DNA of 64,000 bases from contig NC_043004.1 of assembly GCF_006345805.1 (NCBI RefSeq), positions 46,934,001-46,998,000 on the forward strand, read 5' to 3'. The translations under genes and the position numbers were made by a program. The notes under the pieces were generated by a model. The model saw nothing but the letters and a program-made list of their open reading frames with translations. It had not been told where the DNA came from and did no database searches. This DNA comes from Octopus sinensis (Eukaryota). Shown in pieces: positions 13,035 to 26,842 of this stretch (position 1 is its first letter; every line of letters starts with the position of its first letter).

Positions 13035-16000
13035 TGTGTGTGTATTCTACATTTTCCATTTTCTGGTGTTTTGGGGGGTGGGGAGGTGTGTATGTTACTT
13101 TCCACGTTGTTCCTCGAAAATATTCTGGATGACCGAAAAACATATAACATAATGAAAGTGGTTACAGTTTTTCGTGCTAAAGGTTTGTTTATTTATGTAT
13201 TTATTTATTTATTTATTTATTTTGTAAAAGAAATAATTTTGTTTCTGGCGCTTTGTGGATAGATATGCACAGATGCAGTATTTACATGTTGGGTTGTACA
13301 ACATTTATTACGTATAAGTACACACATGATTTGGAATAATGTTTATGTACGCTTTTTGTTCTCCGGAATGTTTTTGACTGGAAATTAGGAGCACCTGTCT
13401 AAATTTATACGCTCGCATGAAATTTGCAGAATATGTGTTCCCAAGTGAAATGCTTTATGTCCTCGGACACTTGTAGGATGAAGTGTTTGTGCCAGTGTGA
13501 TGTATGCCGTTGATGTTTTTAATGTTTGAGATATTGTTAGTTATTGTAAGGGGATATTGTAAGTGTCAGTTGTTGTAAGGTGTTAGATAATGGAAGGTGA
13601 ACGATATTTCTAGAATGGAAGTTGTGCTTTTCTCTATGTCGTATTTAGCAAAAGATGTGCTTATATGATAATAAAATGGATGATTGTACCTAAAGACTTG
13701 TGTACATTTCTTTGGATATCCCTAGAGTATTTGCATGTTGGAATTAATTATATTTCTTCTTTTTAAAGTTGTTAAGCAAAAGCTGATGTTGTTTGTGTTC
13801 ATGTTTCACTGTTTCCCAGACCTACTGCTTTACATTATTTTTGAAACTTTCAATGATGTGCCCTTAACTAATTTTCACGTTATATCATACGTTCATTGAA
13901 ATATTAGCCGAAGAATAAAATTATTTTTTCTATCTTCATTTTCTAATTAGCAAAAAAAAATTATCTTTTTTAATATTCTAAACCATCTACTGGCTCACAC
14001 TCACAAGTATGTAGCTCGCAGAGTAACGCCTGATAAAAAAAGTAACACAAAATCGCAGACGCATCATAAATGATTCATATTTTTCTGAATCTCACCCATT
14101 TGCTGTACATAAAAACCTCCATTCCTCAAAGTTTAACGGTCACACTATAAAAGCCACGATAACATTACAAGTTACAGTGTCGCATTGATGTTTCCGATTC
14201 CCACGATATACATTGAATTCAGGTTATATTTCCGTAAAACATACCTAGAGCATTTGAGTTACTCTTATATATATACGCACACACAAAGCCACAAACCCAC
14301 TTTTGCTTTCACACACACATATATGACATAAATGTATGAGCATATACGCGTTTCTATGTGGTGGTGATGGTGGTAACGGGGCTATATGTTAATATATGGT
14401 GAGGGCTATATATTAATATATTATTACGGAAAGATGATCATATTCGTTATTGGAGCTTTATGCTCGCTATTTTCAGCTGTTAGATGTTGAAGTTAGGAAA
14501 ATTTAAATCGCAAATTTCTGTTTATTGGAATAAAATGTCATTTGAGATTTACACTTATGATATTTTATGGTGATTGCCATTACATGCTATGATCAGTTCC
14601 CAGCAGATCACAAAGAATAAGAGTATATTGCCAATTTAGGTGTTTGTAATATCTAGTCCGTGGCTTCAATTTGACTATAAATCTTTGCTCGGATAGAAAA
14701 CCACGATAATTTAGATAATATAATCATATGTTTAGATAGCAATTCACACAGATGCTCAATATGTCATAGCTCGAAATGGAACAAAATGACCATGCTAGAT
14801 TTTCAAGTCATTTCCTTCGATGTTTTAGTTCAAATCCGAATCAATTATTATTTTGTTGTGCTTCAATAGCCAAATGAACTATTCTGCCTCTTTAAAATTG
14901 ATAACGTTTTGTTGGCGGCTTCTCGTTCTCTTTACGTGCTACATGTACAGCGTTAGGAGATGATAGGCCTCTGTGGCGGTGTTTTAAAATGTAATCAGTT
15001 CCTTAAGAAAGATACGGGATTAGTTTCTCGTTACTTTCTATAAGTAAATTTACAGCTTACTTTCATAATTGCCTGCGCTCTGGAGCTCGGAATTGAGGCA
15101 TCGGGACTATATAACACTAAACTTATTAACGTGGCATTACAGACGTTCCACATATTGCTGGAAGTGTGGTATACCTATAACGAATAACCGTTCTTTGAGT
15201 TCCCAAAAAGCTTAGCGAAAGAAGCATGTTTCATTAGTTGAACAAGAAACGGGGCCATGGATTGTAACACTTCGGGCCAGAGTTCCTGTAGTGTAACGCA
15301 GGACTAAAGGTAATTCTATGTTCCATAAAACTCCTGAAATGTCGAGCTGGAGCCTTACCACTGGGTGCAGATGAATGCCTACCCCAGGCCAACTTATGAC
15401 ATGGTTAGACGAAAATATGCAGGTCTAGTGCTCAATTCCACGATCACTAATCTTATGAGATATAGGAAATACACAAAGAAAAGTATATCAAAATAGGAGC
15501 AGTGCATCACCATTTTTAATATTTGAAAGTAAGTCCTAAGTTTGAATTCATACTACACAATGGACTTCGCTATTTAAAACTTCGTAATGTTCAAATACCT
15601 CATCGATGAAGTTGACATTAGAATATATGATACATTTTCGATGAGAGGACAACTCAGACTCGATAAAATGTTCCAAGTTTCGGCGCATCAGTATTGATTC
15701 TAATTTACAAGTAGGATTAGCAACGTAGCTTCTGTAACATGTGTAAAAGCCACGATCCCGCTACACAAACATGTTATATATATATATATCCATTTGAAAT
15801 AATTGTGCCGATAATAACTCAGTCCATCAATGTGTATACGTAGCACAATTTGTTCCAGTTGCACTCGAGTCGATTAAGGCATCATAAATAAATACCAATA
15901 TATAGTGTTTGACGTAATTCACATACATAAACGCCATCTATTCCCGTTTTTATCCATATATGTAGGTTTGAAACCACTTGGGTGGTGTAGATTATTGCCT

Positions 16001-18541
16001 TAATTTCAACATTATCTTACATGCAGGTAACACTATAGCCACGGTGGTCTGCTATTTCGTCTTAGAAATTTTTCGTTTGAGTCACCGTGATCGACAATTA
16101 TCTGTAATCTTTTATGCAACAGAGCAACACCTATTTGAAATAATATATTCATAAACGGTTTTCAAACTATATTGGAGATAACATCCATAGAGAATTATTT
16201 ATAGAGAAGCTATATATTGCAGATTTTGAAACTGCAATTTGTTCTATATTTATCTTAAACACTTTATATACAGAGATACCATGTAGGAGCAGCGTGAAAA
16301 TGGCATATATTGTTGTTTATGTATGAACATATGAATACATTGTTCAAACTATGATTCCATAGCAACAGTGAGAAGTAATGAAAAGAAGGATTTTAACTTT
16401 CTTTGTGATATCTTACATTCACCATTCGAAATCCGAGGGAATATAACTCTAATACATCATTTTTGCATTATTCACTGCTATTTCTGTTTTGAAGAACTCA
16501 GTCTGTGCACAAGCAGCTTGAAACACTATTCCCAGACCCGAAGCAACAGAATGTAGTACCTTAAAATTAGCAAAGTTTGATAGAGAATCTACAAATTAAT
16601 GCTATATTCAGTGAGACAAATTGCTTGTCATCGTTGGATAAGAATATGGCATTAAAAGGAAGATCTATGATAATAAACTAAACAACAATATTTAAGATAA
16701 TGTGAAATTATTTATTCGATAAAACAAATGTTGGTAGAAGCAAATGGTCAGCAAGTAGGTATTACCCGATGATGACATACATGTCAATTGTTAAAGTTAT
16801 TTTATTTACTGGGAGAATTCCACCAGCACTTGTCCGGAGCATTAGCCCAGCGTAGTGAAGGATATGTTATGCTTTTCTGGAAAAGGGCATGAAATAATTC
16901 TAAATATGTTTTAAAATGACATAAAATTTAGGTAAAAAAAGAATTATGCACTTGATAAATGAATCTTAGACGCTATCTGCATGCGAACATAATCAGTATG
17001 TTGGGTTATAGAAGCAGAAGCAAGACGTGAAGAACATCACTAAGTAAATAACGTACCTGACTAGGCATAGCTAATTAATTATCCCACGGAAATAAATATA
17101 ATAAATTATCTTCAAATAAAGTTTTTTTCTGGAAAACTTTAAGCAAGTGAAAGTTAATATATTGTTAGATAATCATACGTACATACAGCAAAACGTACCA
17201 AAATTTTCCATGAAAGGATGAGATATTGAAAATACATGTTCATTACATATTTTCAAATAATGCTGGAGGAAATATACTTGAAATATATATCAATATGTAT
17301 TAATTAACAAAAAGTTTCTATATGATAATTACAATGGTAAAACCAGGATGCAAACAAAAAATAACTAACGTGATTTCAAGCGAAATTTACGTACTATCAT
17401 CATGCATATTCTAATGAATGGGATAATGTATATCCGCTAGTAATCATAACCGGATAAGCTAAGCACACACACAGACACACACACAAACACACACACAGTT
17501 ACACACACGCAGACACACATACACACACAGACACACACATGTGCATGCCTAAGTCTGTAGAGCATATGTATATCTTAATATATAAAAGAATCTCTGTGTG
17601 AGTGTGAGTGTGAGCGTGTGTGCGAGTGTGTGTATGTTTGTGCATGTATGTGTGTGTTTGTGTGTGTCTTTGTGTGCGTGCGTATGTTGCTTATATATAC
17701 GAAAACTGAGGGGCTGATTTTGAGGTATAAGGTGTCAAAAGATTCGGTAATTTTTCGGCTACCAAATAAATTTATTTTCGTGTACATTTTTGCATTATTA
17801 ATATTTAATATCATAATCTTTCTTTAAGTAAACTATCGTAAACGATATTTTATACCACCACTCTCATCACTACGATGCCACACTTTCTAATTGCGTGTGT
17901 ATGTGTCTGTCAGTATACACACATTTTTATGAAGACTGACACTCACATAACCACAGAGACAGACAAATAGAGCGACAGAGACAGGCCTGAGATTTGCCTG
18001 AATGTATGTCTGTGTGAGTCCGAGGATATGTATGTGACTGTACAGGCTAACATTGAAAGCTACCAATTTTGAAAGAGTTTAGTTTAGTTGCGGCCTGGAC
18101 GTTGAACGAAAAGCACTGTTCACTTTGAAGTACCACTGTTTGGATCTTCCTTTTCACCATGGAGAGTTGGGGTTTAAGCATCATTATCTATTATCACTAC
18201 TTATGTGCTGAAATATTATTGATTTGTATAAGGAACATGACGATTTGGCTGATTTGACTGTACTCAAATCACTCGCAAAAATATATGGAAAAAATGTTAT
18301 TTTGATTATTATAACAAATTCGGAAACTCGGTGAAGTAGAAAGCTTTAATGGCACGTTCAATATAATTACAGAAATGTTATTCCAGTCCTTATAACCAGG
18401 TTGAAGATAATGTTCTTTTACCTGTCCAAGCATCTTTATCATATTTCTGCTATGCTGCTTTAGCAGTGTGAATAATCAATGCTGCTTATCTTAGTTACTG
18501 CGTTAGTTAGTATTTATTCTACAGCATTACACAGTTATATA

Positions 18542-19560
18542 TCAGGTTATCCCATAAGTCCTGTCCCAATTTTGAATAAAGAAAACAAGTGATAAAAGGT
18601 TATATTTAATTGAAATTTAATCATCAATATACTTTCCCTGATTATCTATGAATTCCCCCCATCTATTTACAAGCTTTTTAATCTCATGAATGTTAGTCTT
18701 GGTTTCAAAGCGAAGAACTCTGAAATGTCAGTTTCGACCTCTTGCTGACATGCGAAATGATTCTGTAAATTACGAAACAAATGGTAGTTTGAAGGTGCAT
18801 CGTCGAGAAAATAAGGTGGATGAGAAAAATTGTCCCAACCAAGCTCTTCGATCTTCTGTGATGTGATCGTTGCAGTGTAGGGTCGCGCATTGTCCTGAAA
18901 AAACATTAGCCTTCTTCGATTCACTATAGCAGGTCTTTTTTCTTCAAAGCTTGGTTCAAACGCTCTAATTGCTGACAGTAGACGTGAGCATTGATTGTTG
19001 TATTAGGTGGTAACAATTAAAAGTGAATTACTCCTTTGCAAACCTACCAGAAATAGAGAAGAACCTTTTTACCATGAAGTTCCCTTTTCACTTGTTGTTG
19101 GGATTTTTCCCATTTTTCGTCAACAGTCACAAGTCTATCTAAAAAGGGTGAAATGAGTTCGCGAGAATGGAGAAAAGAGCACCTGTCAACAAGGAATTTG
19201 CGTTTGCCTTCGGACAATTATTGAGGCACACATTTTCCAAGTTTACGAACCTTTCCAGGTTTTTGAAGATGGCGATAAACAGTTGTATGGTTTGAACTAA
19301 GCTTTATTGCCAATTCTGCAGCTGATAATGCAGGATTTTCTTCAAGTAATGCCTTATGGAGCTTGTCATCAAACTCAACTGGACGTCCTCTTCGAACTTC
19401 ATCTTCAAGGCTGAAATCTGCACTTCTGCATTTTGCAAACCATCTTCTGCAAGTTCTTTCATTCAAGCCTTCTTTCCCATAAACTGAGTGTTTGTTTCAA
19501 GTCGCTTCGGCTGCACAGTCTTCTTTTTTTTGTACTCATAAAGCATGTAGTGCCTCAAAT
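18542..19560 (-). mobile_element. Decayed mariner (Tc1/mariner, D,D34D-type) transposon
   Basis: RWFAKCRSADFSLED..RRGRP (HTH), LGKCVPQ (WVPH-like) and FQDNARPYTA..LGWDNFSHPPYFLDDAPSNYHLFRNLQN (HDNARPH and YSPDLAPSD motifs). TA plus a mariner-like TIR tcaggttatcccataagtcctgtcc at 18542; the opposite TIR was not found. Confidence 0.92.
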
Positions 19561-20289
19561 GCTCTTTGGATACTTCCATGATAGAAAGGGTTTTAATCGA
19601 AGAAATTTTAATTCGCTTATTCTATAAAATAATATTTAATTACTTTAAATGTACACAAATGCATACATATAAAATTTTAATTCCATTAGACATTCTAGAA
19701 TACTATTAAATTTCACTCAATTTTATATACCTAATATAATAAGTGATGTCACATTAATTGATGTCTAGCTACATACATCTTTCAGCAAATGTTTTAAAGT
19801 AATTAACGTTCACAACACCAACAAATTCCTTTCTACACACTTTGTTCAGCTTTCGTTTAAAGAGTTTTTTTTTTTTTGTATGAAAAATTGAAATATGCCT
19901 TCCGAACTTTCTTGGAGCTTGACTTACCTCACCATGACATTCAATCCTAAATTTTATAACACGTAGTACATGTTCCAAATATATTTCGACTTTCTGCACT
20001 TTGGTGACGCATAATAATTAGTGTCTTTCCGACGCTGGAATGCTACAGAAAGTATTTTTTGCGCATATATTGACTAAATTTCTTTTCGCATTAACTTCGT
20101 ATGTGTGTTTTGCTGTTTTCAATATTATCAATTGTATGAGTGTCTATGTGACTGTGAGTGTGTGTGTGTTTATTGCCGCGTTTGTTACGTCTATCGTAAA
20201 CTATTGTAAAGGAGATTGTACGCCGTTTTACTGAGACATACTTATGATAAATATTCCCCATGAAAGCGTAATAATCTCATTCGTGCTCG

Positions 20290-21870
20290 AGATAGCATAT
20301 TTATACATGCTTGAGAAACGCATACCTCTTATGATGCTCTCCAATATCCTCTTATTCTTGTGGAATGTATAATATGGATATCCCACAGTTTAAACTTGGA
20401 ACATGAGAGCCAATTACAAAGAAAAAGGTAATGTCAAATGACGTCAATCATTACCAACTGGTGTTAATATGAGAACAATGATTTCAATTACACATGTATC
20501 GTGATCCACTTCAGCAGCACCTGGTTGATACGTGTGCTAAAGTTGAGAGTCAGCGTCTCCGCTACAGTCGTAACAATAAAAAAAATTAAGGGCTAAAAAT
20601 TATGTTCATCACCAAGATGCTCAGAGGACAGATGGTGATATTCAAAACATGGGGCAACATATATTCCACCCATCATCATTCACAAGGGATCCTCGATATA
20701 TGCACGAACGATCACAAGATGGCCTGACATATATCAAGACATGTGGAAAACCAGATCATGTTGTCACTTTCACCAACAATTCTGAATGGGACGAAATAAA
20801 ATTTAAACTTCTAATGTTGCGTCTTCTGATATTACAGCTAACCCCCCCCCCCTATAGGAGAACTGCCTATTCCATGTTGAAGCTCCTTCTACACCTTGCA
20901 ATGAAAGAATCTCAAATGTGCAATATTTGCAAAATCCTGCAATGGCAACAGTTCTCCAACAAATTGCCTCATTGTTTTCGATGAGTGCACATTGTGGAGC
21001 TCCAGTGGTACTTGACAGTAACCTCCAAGACAAAAAACAATAGCACGCTCATGGGAGGAATGACAGTTCTTGCAGGAGGTTTTCGTAAAACGTTTCTAGT
21101 TATCCCCAAAGGATCAAACGCTACAGACGTGCTTCAAAAAATCGTCCATTTGGAGATGTGAAAAAATATCATCTTACAATCAACATCAAAGTATTTCTAC
21201 AAAGTAATCATACGACTTCTTAAGATTTGTAAATGGATATTAACATTCAACTCAATATTTCAGATACGTGAAATTACATGTGGTCAAATGATACTTCCTC
21301 TTAGAGATCTTATAGATAAAGTATTTCCAATTACACTGATGTAAATTGGCTATGTTAAACAGCTGTACCAACTCATGAAATAGTCGATAGACTCAATCAT
21401 GAACTTCAAAATTTAACAGATACTTCAGAAATGACTTGTTGATCAACTGAAAACAGTCGATCAAGATCAGGTTGTTCAATACACTATTGAATTTTTGAAC
21501 ATACTTAAACAATCTGGAATGCAACCGCATAACTTGACACTAAACTAGGTGCTCCCATTGCGTTGCTTAGGAATTTTGACCAATTTCACCTGTGTAATGG
21601 AACTCGCTTAGTTGTTACTTCGACGAAGCCCCATGTCGTACAGGCAACATTCATAACCGGTAGTCACAAAAGAAAAACATATCTTTATTTCTAAAATTCC
21701 TCTTATACCTCCATATGTTCCATTTGAATTGAAGATGCTTCAATTTCCAGTCAAAATAAGTTTGGGTATTTCAATTAACAAATCTCAGGGTCAATCCATC
21801 AAGGTAGTTGCACTTGATCTCTCTACTACATGCTTCTCCCACGGCCAACTCTATGTCGACACCAGCGTAA
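20290..21870 (+). mobile_element. Decayed, internally deleted Helitron Rep/Pif1-helicase
   Basis: SYDALQYPL; QQHLVDTCAKVESQRLRY; PSSFTRDPRYMHERSQDG..GKPD..TFTNN (Rep); GGMTVLAGGFRKTFLVIP; LRNFDQFHLCNGTRL; QFPVKISLGISINKSQGQS..CFSHGQLYV (helicase motifs). Confidence 0.92.
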
Positions 21871-21962
21871 ACATTACACAATGAATATTTTTTTACAAAC
21901 GTTTTTATATTTACTTTATAAAACACGTTGAAGATTGGCTTTAACTGCTATTTCTCCTTCTG

Positions 21963-22033
<71 letters not shown>

Positions 22034-22040
22034 GTCCGAC

Positions 22041-22348
22041 TTACACAGTATATAATTGGTATCAGATGCTGAATAAGAGCTTTCAGAGTTCAATAGTTGT
22101 TCCTGAGTGCTTGGTTTTCCCAAATAATGACTGTAACTTGATTCCATCATCGGATAACACCAGCCTCCGTCTTTGGGGAAGAATTCTACATTTGAGAGAT
22201 TTTGAGAGAATGACGGAGTCTGGTTTTATTTGATGATGTAATCAAGTTACAGTTATTTTTTCGAGCACCAAGTTCCAACAAATAGATGTAGGATGAAACT
22301 CTGTTATTCATCTTCTCTAATTCCTGATATAATTTATATTCTGTGTAA
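22041..22348. mobile_element. Palindromic MITE-like element with arms of about 130 bp
   Basis: 22126-22171 is the reverse complement of 22212-22257 with few mismatches. Similarity continues outward to ttacacag / ctgtgtaa. Confidence 0.7.
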
Positions 22349-22532
22349 CTGGCGAAGGCAGCAGCATCAAACTCTCTCATTGACCAAATGCCACATATCA
22401 GGGTAGGTTTCATATAATGGTGTAGATTAGTCAGCGGTGGTGCTCCAGCATGACCGACGCTTTGCAGCTGAACCATTTAAAAATAATGTTTATTTAAATA
22501 TGTACATTTTTGGTATATATGAAATAATTATT

Positions 22533-22581
<49 letters not shown>

Positions 22582-22966
22582 AGTAGAAAAATGAAATATC
22601 TTTTTGTGGATAATTCGTTTAACCGATACCTGGGTAGCAAATTCACATCGGAAATGTGAGTGAATGAATATAACTGCATTATTAATACAGTTATATTCAT
22701 TCACTCACACAGACACTCATTCACAAAAGAATTTAACAAAACCCACCATACATACGACCTGTTCCATATCACCTTACTTTCTTAGGCCTCTCTTCCCCTA
22801 CTTCGTTTGAACTCTTGAACCTTTAGAACCTTCTAGAATTTTCTACATTCAACCAGTTTGACGTCACTCCTTATAAAGGAATATTAAAGAGACACTCATT
22901 ATCGCTATGCGCTCCGTGAGAGCAGTCATCTGAAAGTTTTTGTGAATCTTGATGTTGACATAAATT

Positions 22967-23061
22967 CCTTGTTTTTCCTGATGAGAAAGCGGCATAAGGT
23001 ACTCCTTATTCCTTCACAATTAGGAATATGCAGGCTTCGAAACATATGTCGAAAATAAAGG
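22967..23061 (+). ncRNA. Type I hammerhead ribozyme with intact core, branched stem II and palindromic stem III
   Basis: Stem I ccttgtttttc/gaaaataaagg (9 of 11 pairs); CUGAUGA 22978-22984; stem II gaaagc/gcttc; GAA 23039-23041; stem III ACAUAUGU; GUC with C17 at 23050. Confidence 0.85.
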
Positions 23062-23133
23062 AAATTTGTTAATTTGTCGTTCAACTCCATTCTTTCATTT
23101 ATTCATATATATATATATTATATATATATATAT

Positions 23134-23402
23134 TACGGAGATGTACTTGCATTGCAAGTGACCAGGTCTGAGATCGTGTGCTGGAATGAAAACAATTGAA
23201 GTGTGGTAGGTCTTTATAGCCCATTTAAGAAACACACAAAATTCGTTAGATTCACAAATTTCCGTGCAGCACGGAATTTTGTCAATGAACAGGTCGGGGT
23301 CTCAGAGTGACAAAAATATTTTGGCCAATTAAATTTAAATGTTGAAGTGAATCTAACCGTTTTTGTATGTTTCTTAAAAGGCTTATAAATACCTTCTACG
23401 CT
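23134..23402 (+). mobile_element. Hairpin-type dispersed repeat (asymmetric head plus long inverted arms)
   Basis: Arms 23170-23255 and 23345-23402 are reverse complements. Second copy at 42018-42345. Confidence 0.75.
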
Positions 23403-23404
23403 AT

Positions 23405-23567
23405 ATATATATTTATTTATTTACTACCCACAAGGGGCTAAACATAGAGGGGACAAACAATGACAGACAAAGGGATAAAGTCGATTACCTGACCTAGTAC
23501 GAAACTGGTACTTTATTTATCGACCCCGAGAGGATGAAAGGCAAAGTGGACTTCGACGGGTCCACGC
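23405..23567 (-). mobile_element. SINE 3' part, family of 3208-3500
   Basis: Reverse complement of gtcgactttgcctttcatcc..ttagccccttgtgggtagtaaa. Confidence 0.85.
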
Positions 23568-23643
23568 TATATATATATATAGATATAGATATATATATAT
23601 ATATATATATAATATATATATATAGATATACATATATATATAT

Positions 23644-23683
<40 letters not shown>

Positions 23684-23686
<3 letters not shown>

Positions 23687-23984
23687 GCGCAATGGCCCAG
23701 TGGTTAGGGCAGCGGACTCGCGGTCGTAGGATCGCGGTTTCGATTCCCAGACCGGGCGTTGTGAGTGTTTATTGAACGAAAACACCTAAAGCTCCACGAG
23801 GCTCCGGCAGGAGGTGGTAGCGATACCTGCTCTTCTCTTTCGCCACAACTTTCTTTCACTCTTTCTTCTATTGGCCTGCTCGCCTAGCCAGCGTGGTGGC
23901 GTCACTTGAAGGCTAAAACAATGCGAAGCGCATTGTGACCAGCAATGTGTAGCAACATCTGATAGCCTGGGCGGTCACGGTGAT
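23684..23984 (+). mobile_element. SINE with head A and alternative tail Z
   Basis: Head near-identical to 8207. After 23870 the sequence switches to ttggcctgctcgc..ggtcacggtgat, which is also found alone at 39835, 41521 and 46930. Confidence 0.85.
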
Positions 23985-26477
23985 ATGTATATATATATAT
24001 ATATAAATGTATACATACATACATATATACATGTATACATACATACATATATACATACATACATATATATATACTTACAGTCATACATACAAAAATGCCT
24101 ACATACACACACATATATGAATGAGTGCAAGAATAGAAGTATCTGTATCAAAGGAAGTATATGCATGTCATGTATGTAAGATGTGCGATTTATATTAAGT
24201 GTATATTTGACATAGTGGAAAAAAACACATTTGGTATCAAAGAGAGATGTATGTAATTATATAATAATTAGACGTTTTACTCAAAATTTGTTACGGGCAA
24301 GTTTTTATAAGAATGTCGACACTGATCGTTAGGCAGTTTATCAATTACCTCGGACATAGCTGAAAGACAAAATGGGTCTAGACTAATTGTTGCCTAATAG
24401 ACAAAGATTCTCAAACATTTGGAACGGACTCTCCTTTCCGAATATCATGCATAGAACACTGTGGGATTGTTTTTTTTTTTTAAGGCTAGGAGAGTGAGGA
24501 CCACCAACCTACCAACTAATTATTAGCAACACACTTTGAATTTATCTTAGGCTTAAGAACTCAGATTTGATCGTTTCGTTTGTCTCTGTAGAATCGATAT
24601 ATTCTTGAATGTATGACTGGAATTCGTTGTGGTTTCCTGTTGGTGTTTTCTCGAAATTCAGAATTCAGTTTTCATAGATGCATGCATCTGGAGAAAATGC
24701 CCTGGTAATTCCTTAAAACAAGTAAGCAATTGTTAGCATTCTTGTTCACTGTTTACAAACATCATTTCATTGTTTCTATGTTTGGTCACCAAGAAAGTAA
24801 ATCTATTTGCAAATATATAGAGAGAGTCTTTAATCGTTTCTAAATATTCAAGATCGTTTTCTGAGACAATCTTTAGTCAAATAGACCAAGTGGTTTTCAC
24901 ATATTGCCATTTCTAAGCCTCTATCAACAATATCATTAAATATATATTTCACATTTATCGTCATGGTAATGTATCTTTTGTGTTATTTGATACTGTTCCC
25001 GTACATGTGTTCTTTATTCTCGCCCGAGAAAACGCTAGATTATTAATTCATGGCTTTCTCTTATTTTTTTATAATTTACATTCCCAAATTAAATGAATTG
25101 TTCTACAGTTACTGTTTTTCGTATCTGACATCCAATATCTATGCACAAAACTTCAAACTTTTTTTGGTATACTTTCTTATTTTTCTTTCAAGATGACCCC
25201 CGCCTTTTTATTACACGTAAATATTCATTATATTCAAATTCGTAAAAGCTTTTCTTCGTGGATATATATGCGTCTTGTCTTTCTCTCATCCTCTTAGTAT
25301 TTGTAGAAGCCAAACTTTATATTTACATCTATAGTTTCATGATTAAATGTAAACAGATTTTTTAATAACAGACATTTTATTCAAATCTTCGGAAGTGGAA
25401 TAACATTTTCTATAACCATTCTGATTAAAATCTCTATTAAATTAAAATTCTAAAGAATTGATTTCATATGAGATTAAGATATTTTCAACTCACGTTTGAT
25501 CATTTCTTAAGCCACAGATATTCTATTTGTTACAAACTAGAATGCCATAAGGCAATATGATTTTACAGAGATGATTTCAACGACAGTAGAATGCCGCATT
25601 AAATTCTTGTATGCAGGTTCCAATTTCACATGTCAGACATTCATTTTCTTTCTGTTTCTTTTCAAAATAGTTACGACTACAAAATATGTCAATATGCTTT
25701 TCTTTTTTATAACTTGATAATTTGGGCCATGAACTGAGTTCCTTCCCTTGAAATAGCTGCTCGAACAACAATATAGAGAGTAGTCCTTCCTTCCGTTAGT
25801 GGCGTTGATGGTCCACTATTTTCATGAATAGTGGTTTAGCCTACTATTTAAACTTGCGTATTTTATTTTATTTTACAAATAAATGTGGTACTGAAATATA
25901 ATATATAATTGCTTATATTCTTTACGGATGCTGTTGAAGAATATTTCTGTTAGTTTTTCTTCTACGAGGTAAGAGTATAAGATAATATATTGCTTCAAAT
26001 GATATCGTGTACATGGGACCTGGACCACTACATGGATTTTAATCAGCGGGTATCAACATGCATTAGGGTTATAGAAGGAGGGTATATCAGAAACAATTTG
26101 GAACTGATATTGGCTCTTTCCATTCTGGATTCCCGTTACAAAGGGCTCGACATTAGTATTTACTAATTATAAATAGGATGTATACAATGGTTAATACATT
26201 AAAGAATTATGTATTCCCTGAATTGTGTAGCTGTTGTCTACTTTTAGACATTGGCATTCATTTTCTGGTATATTCGCTAGGACATGCATTGTGCTTGGTG
26301 TACAGCTATCACACAGTTAGATTCAAAGTTACTTTCATGAACATTAAAACAAATGCTTGACATATTCAGGTTTGAGCCATTCCACCATCATCTGGAAGAG
26401 ACATCTTGATTCCGGACTTATAAAGATATCAATATTAAGTTGGACTTACGTAGACTTTGTAATACACACATACACAG

Positions 26478-26540
<63 letters not shown>

Positions 26541-26706
26541 AATATATATATATATACGTATCTCTGTGTGTGAGTGGGTGCGCGCGTGCATATACATGAG
26601 TGTATATTTCTATTCATGTATGAATATATATATATATATATTTCAACAAAAAATATAAATAAACGCACATATATATAAGTATAAATATATATATATTATA
26701 TATATA

Positions 26707-26741
<35 letters not shown>

Positions 26742-26800
26742 CATATATATATATATATATATATATACATAAATGTATATAAATAAATATATATAAATAA

Positions 26801-26842
<42 letters not shown>

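Noticed and set aside
13997-14023. 25-nt minus-strand microexon with good splice sites
   Set aside because: Too short to evaluate without transcripts.
16440-16876. Two possible minus-strand exons (KSITYPSLRWANAPDKCWWNSP; VLHSVASGLGIVFQAACAQTEFF)
   Set aside because: The splice sites are plausible but there is no recognisable protein and the donors are weak; chance level in 64 kb.
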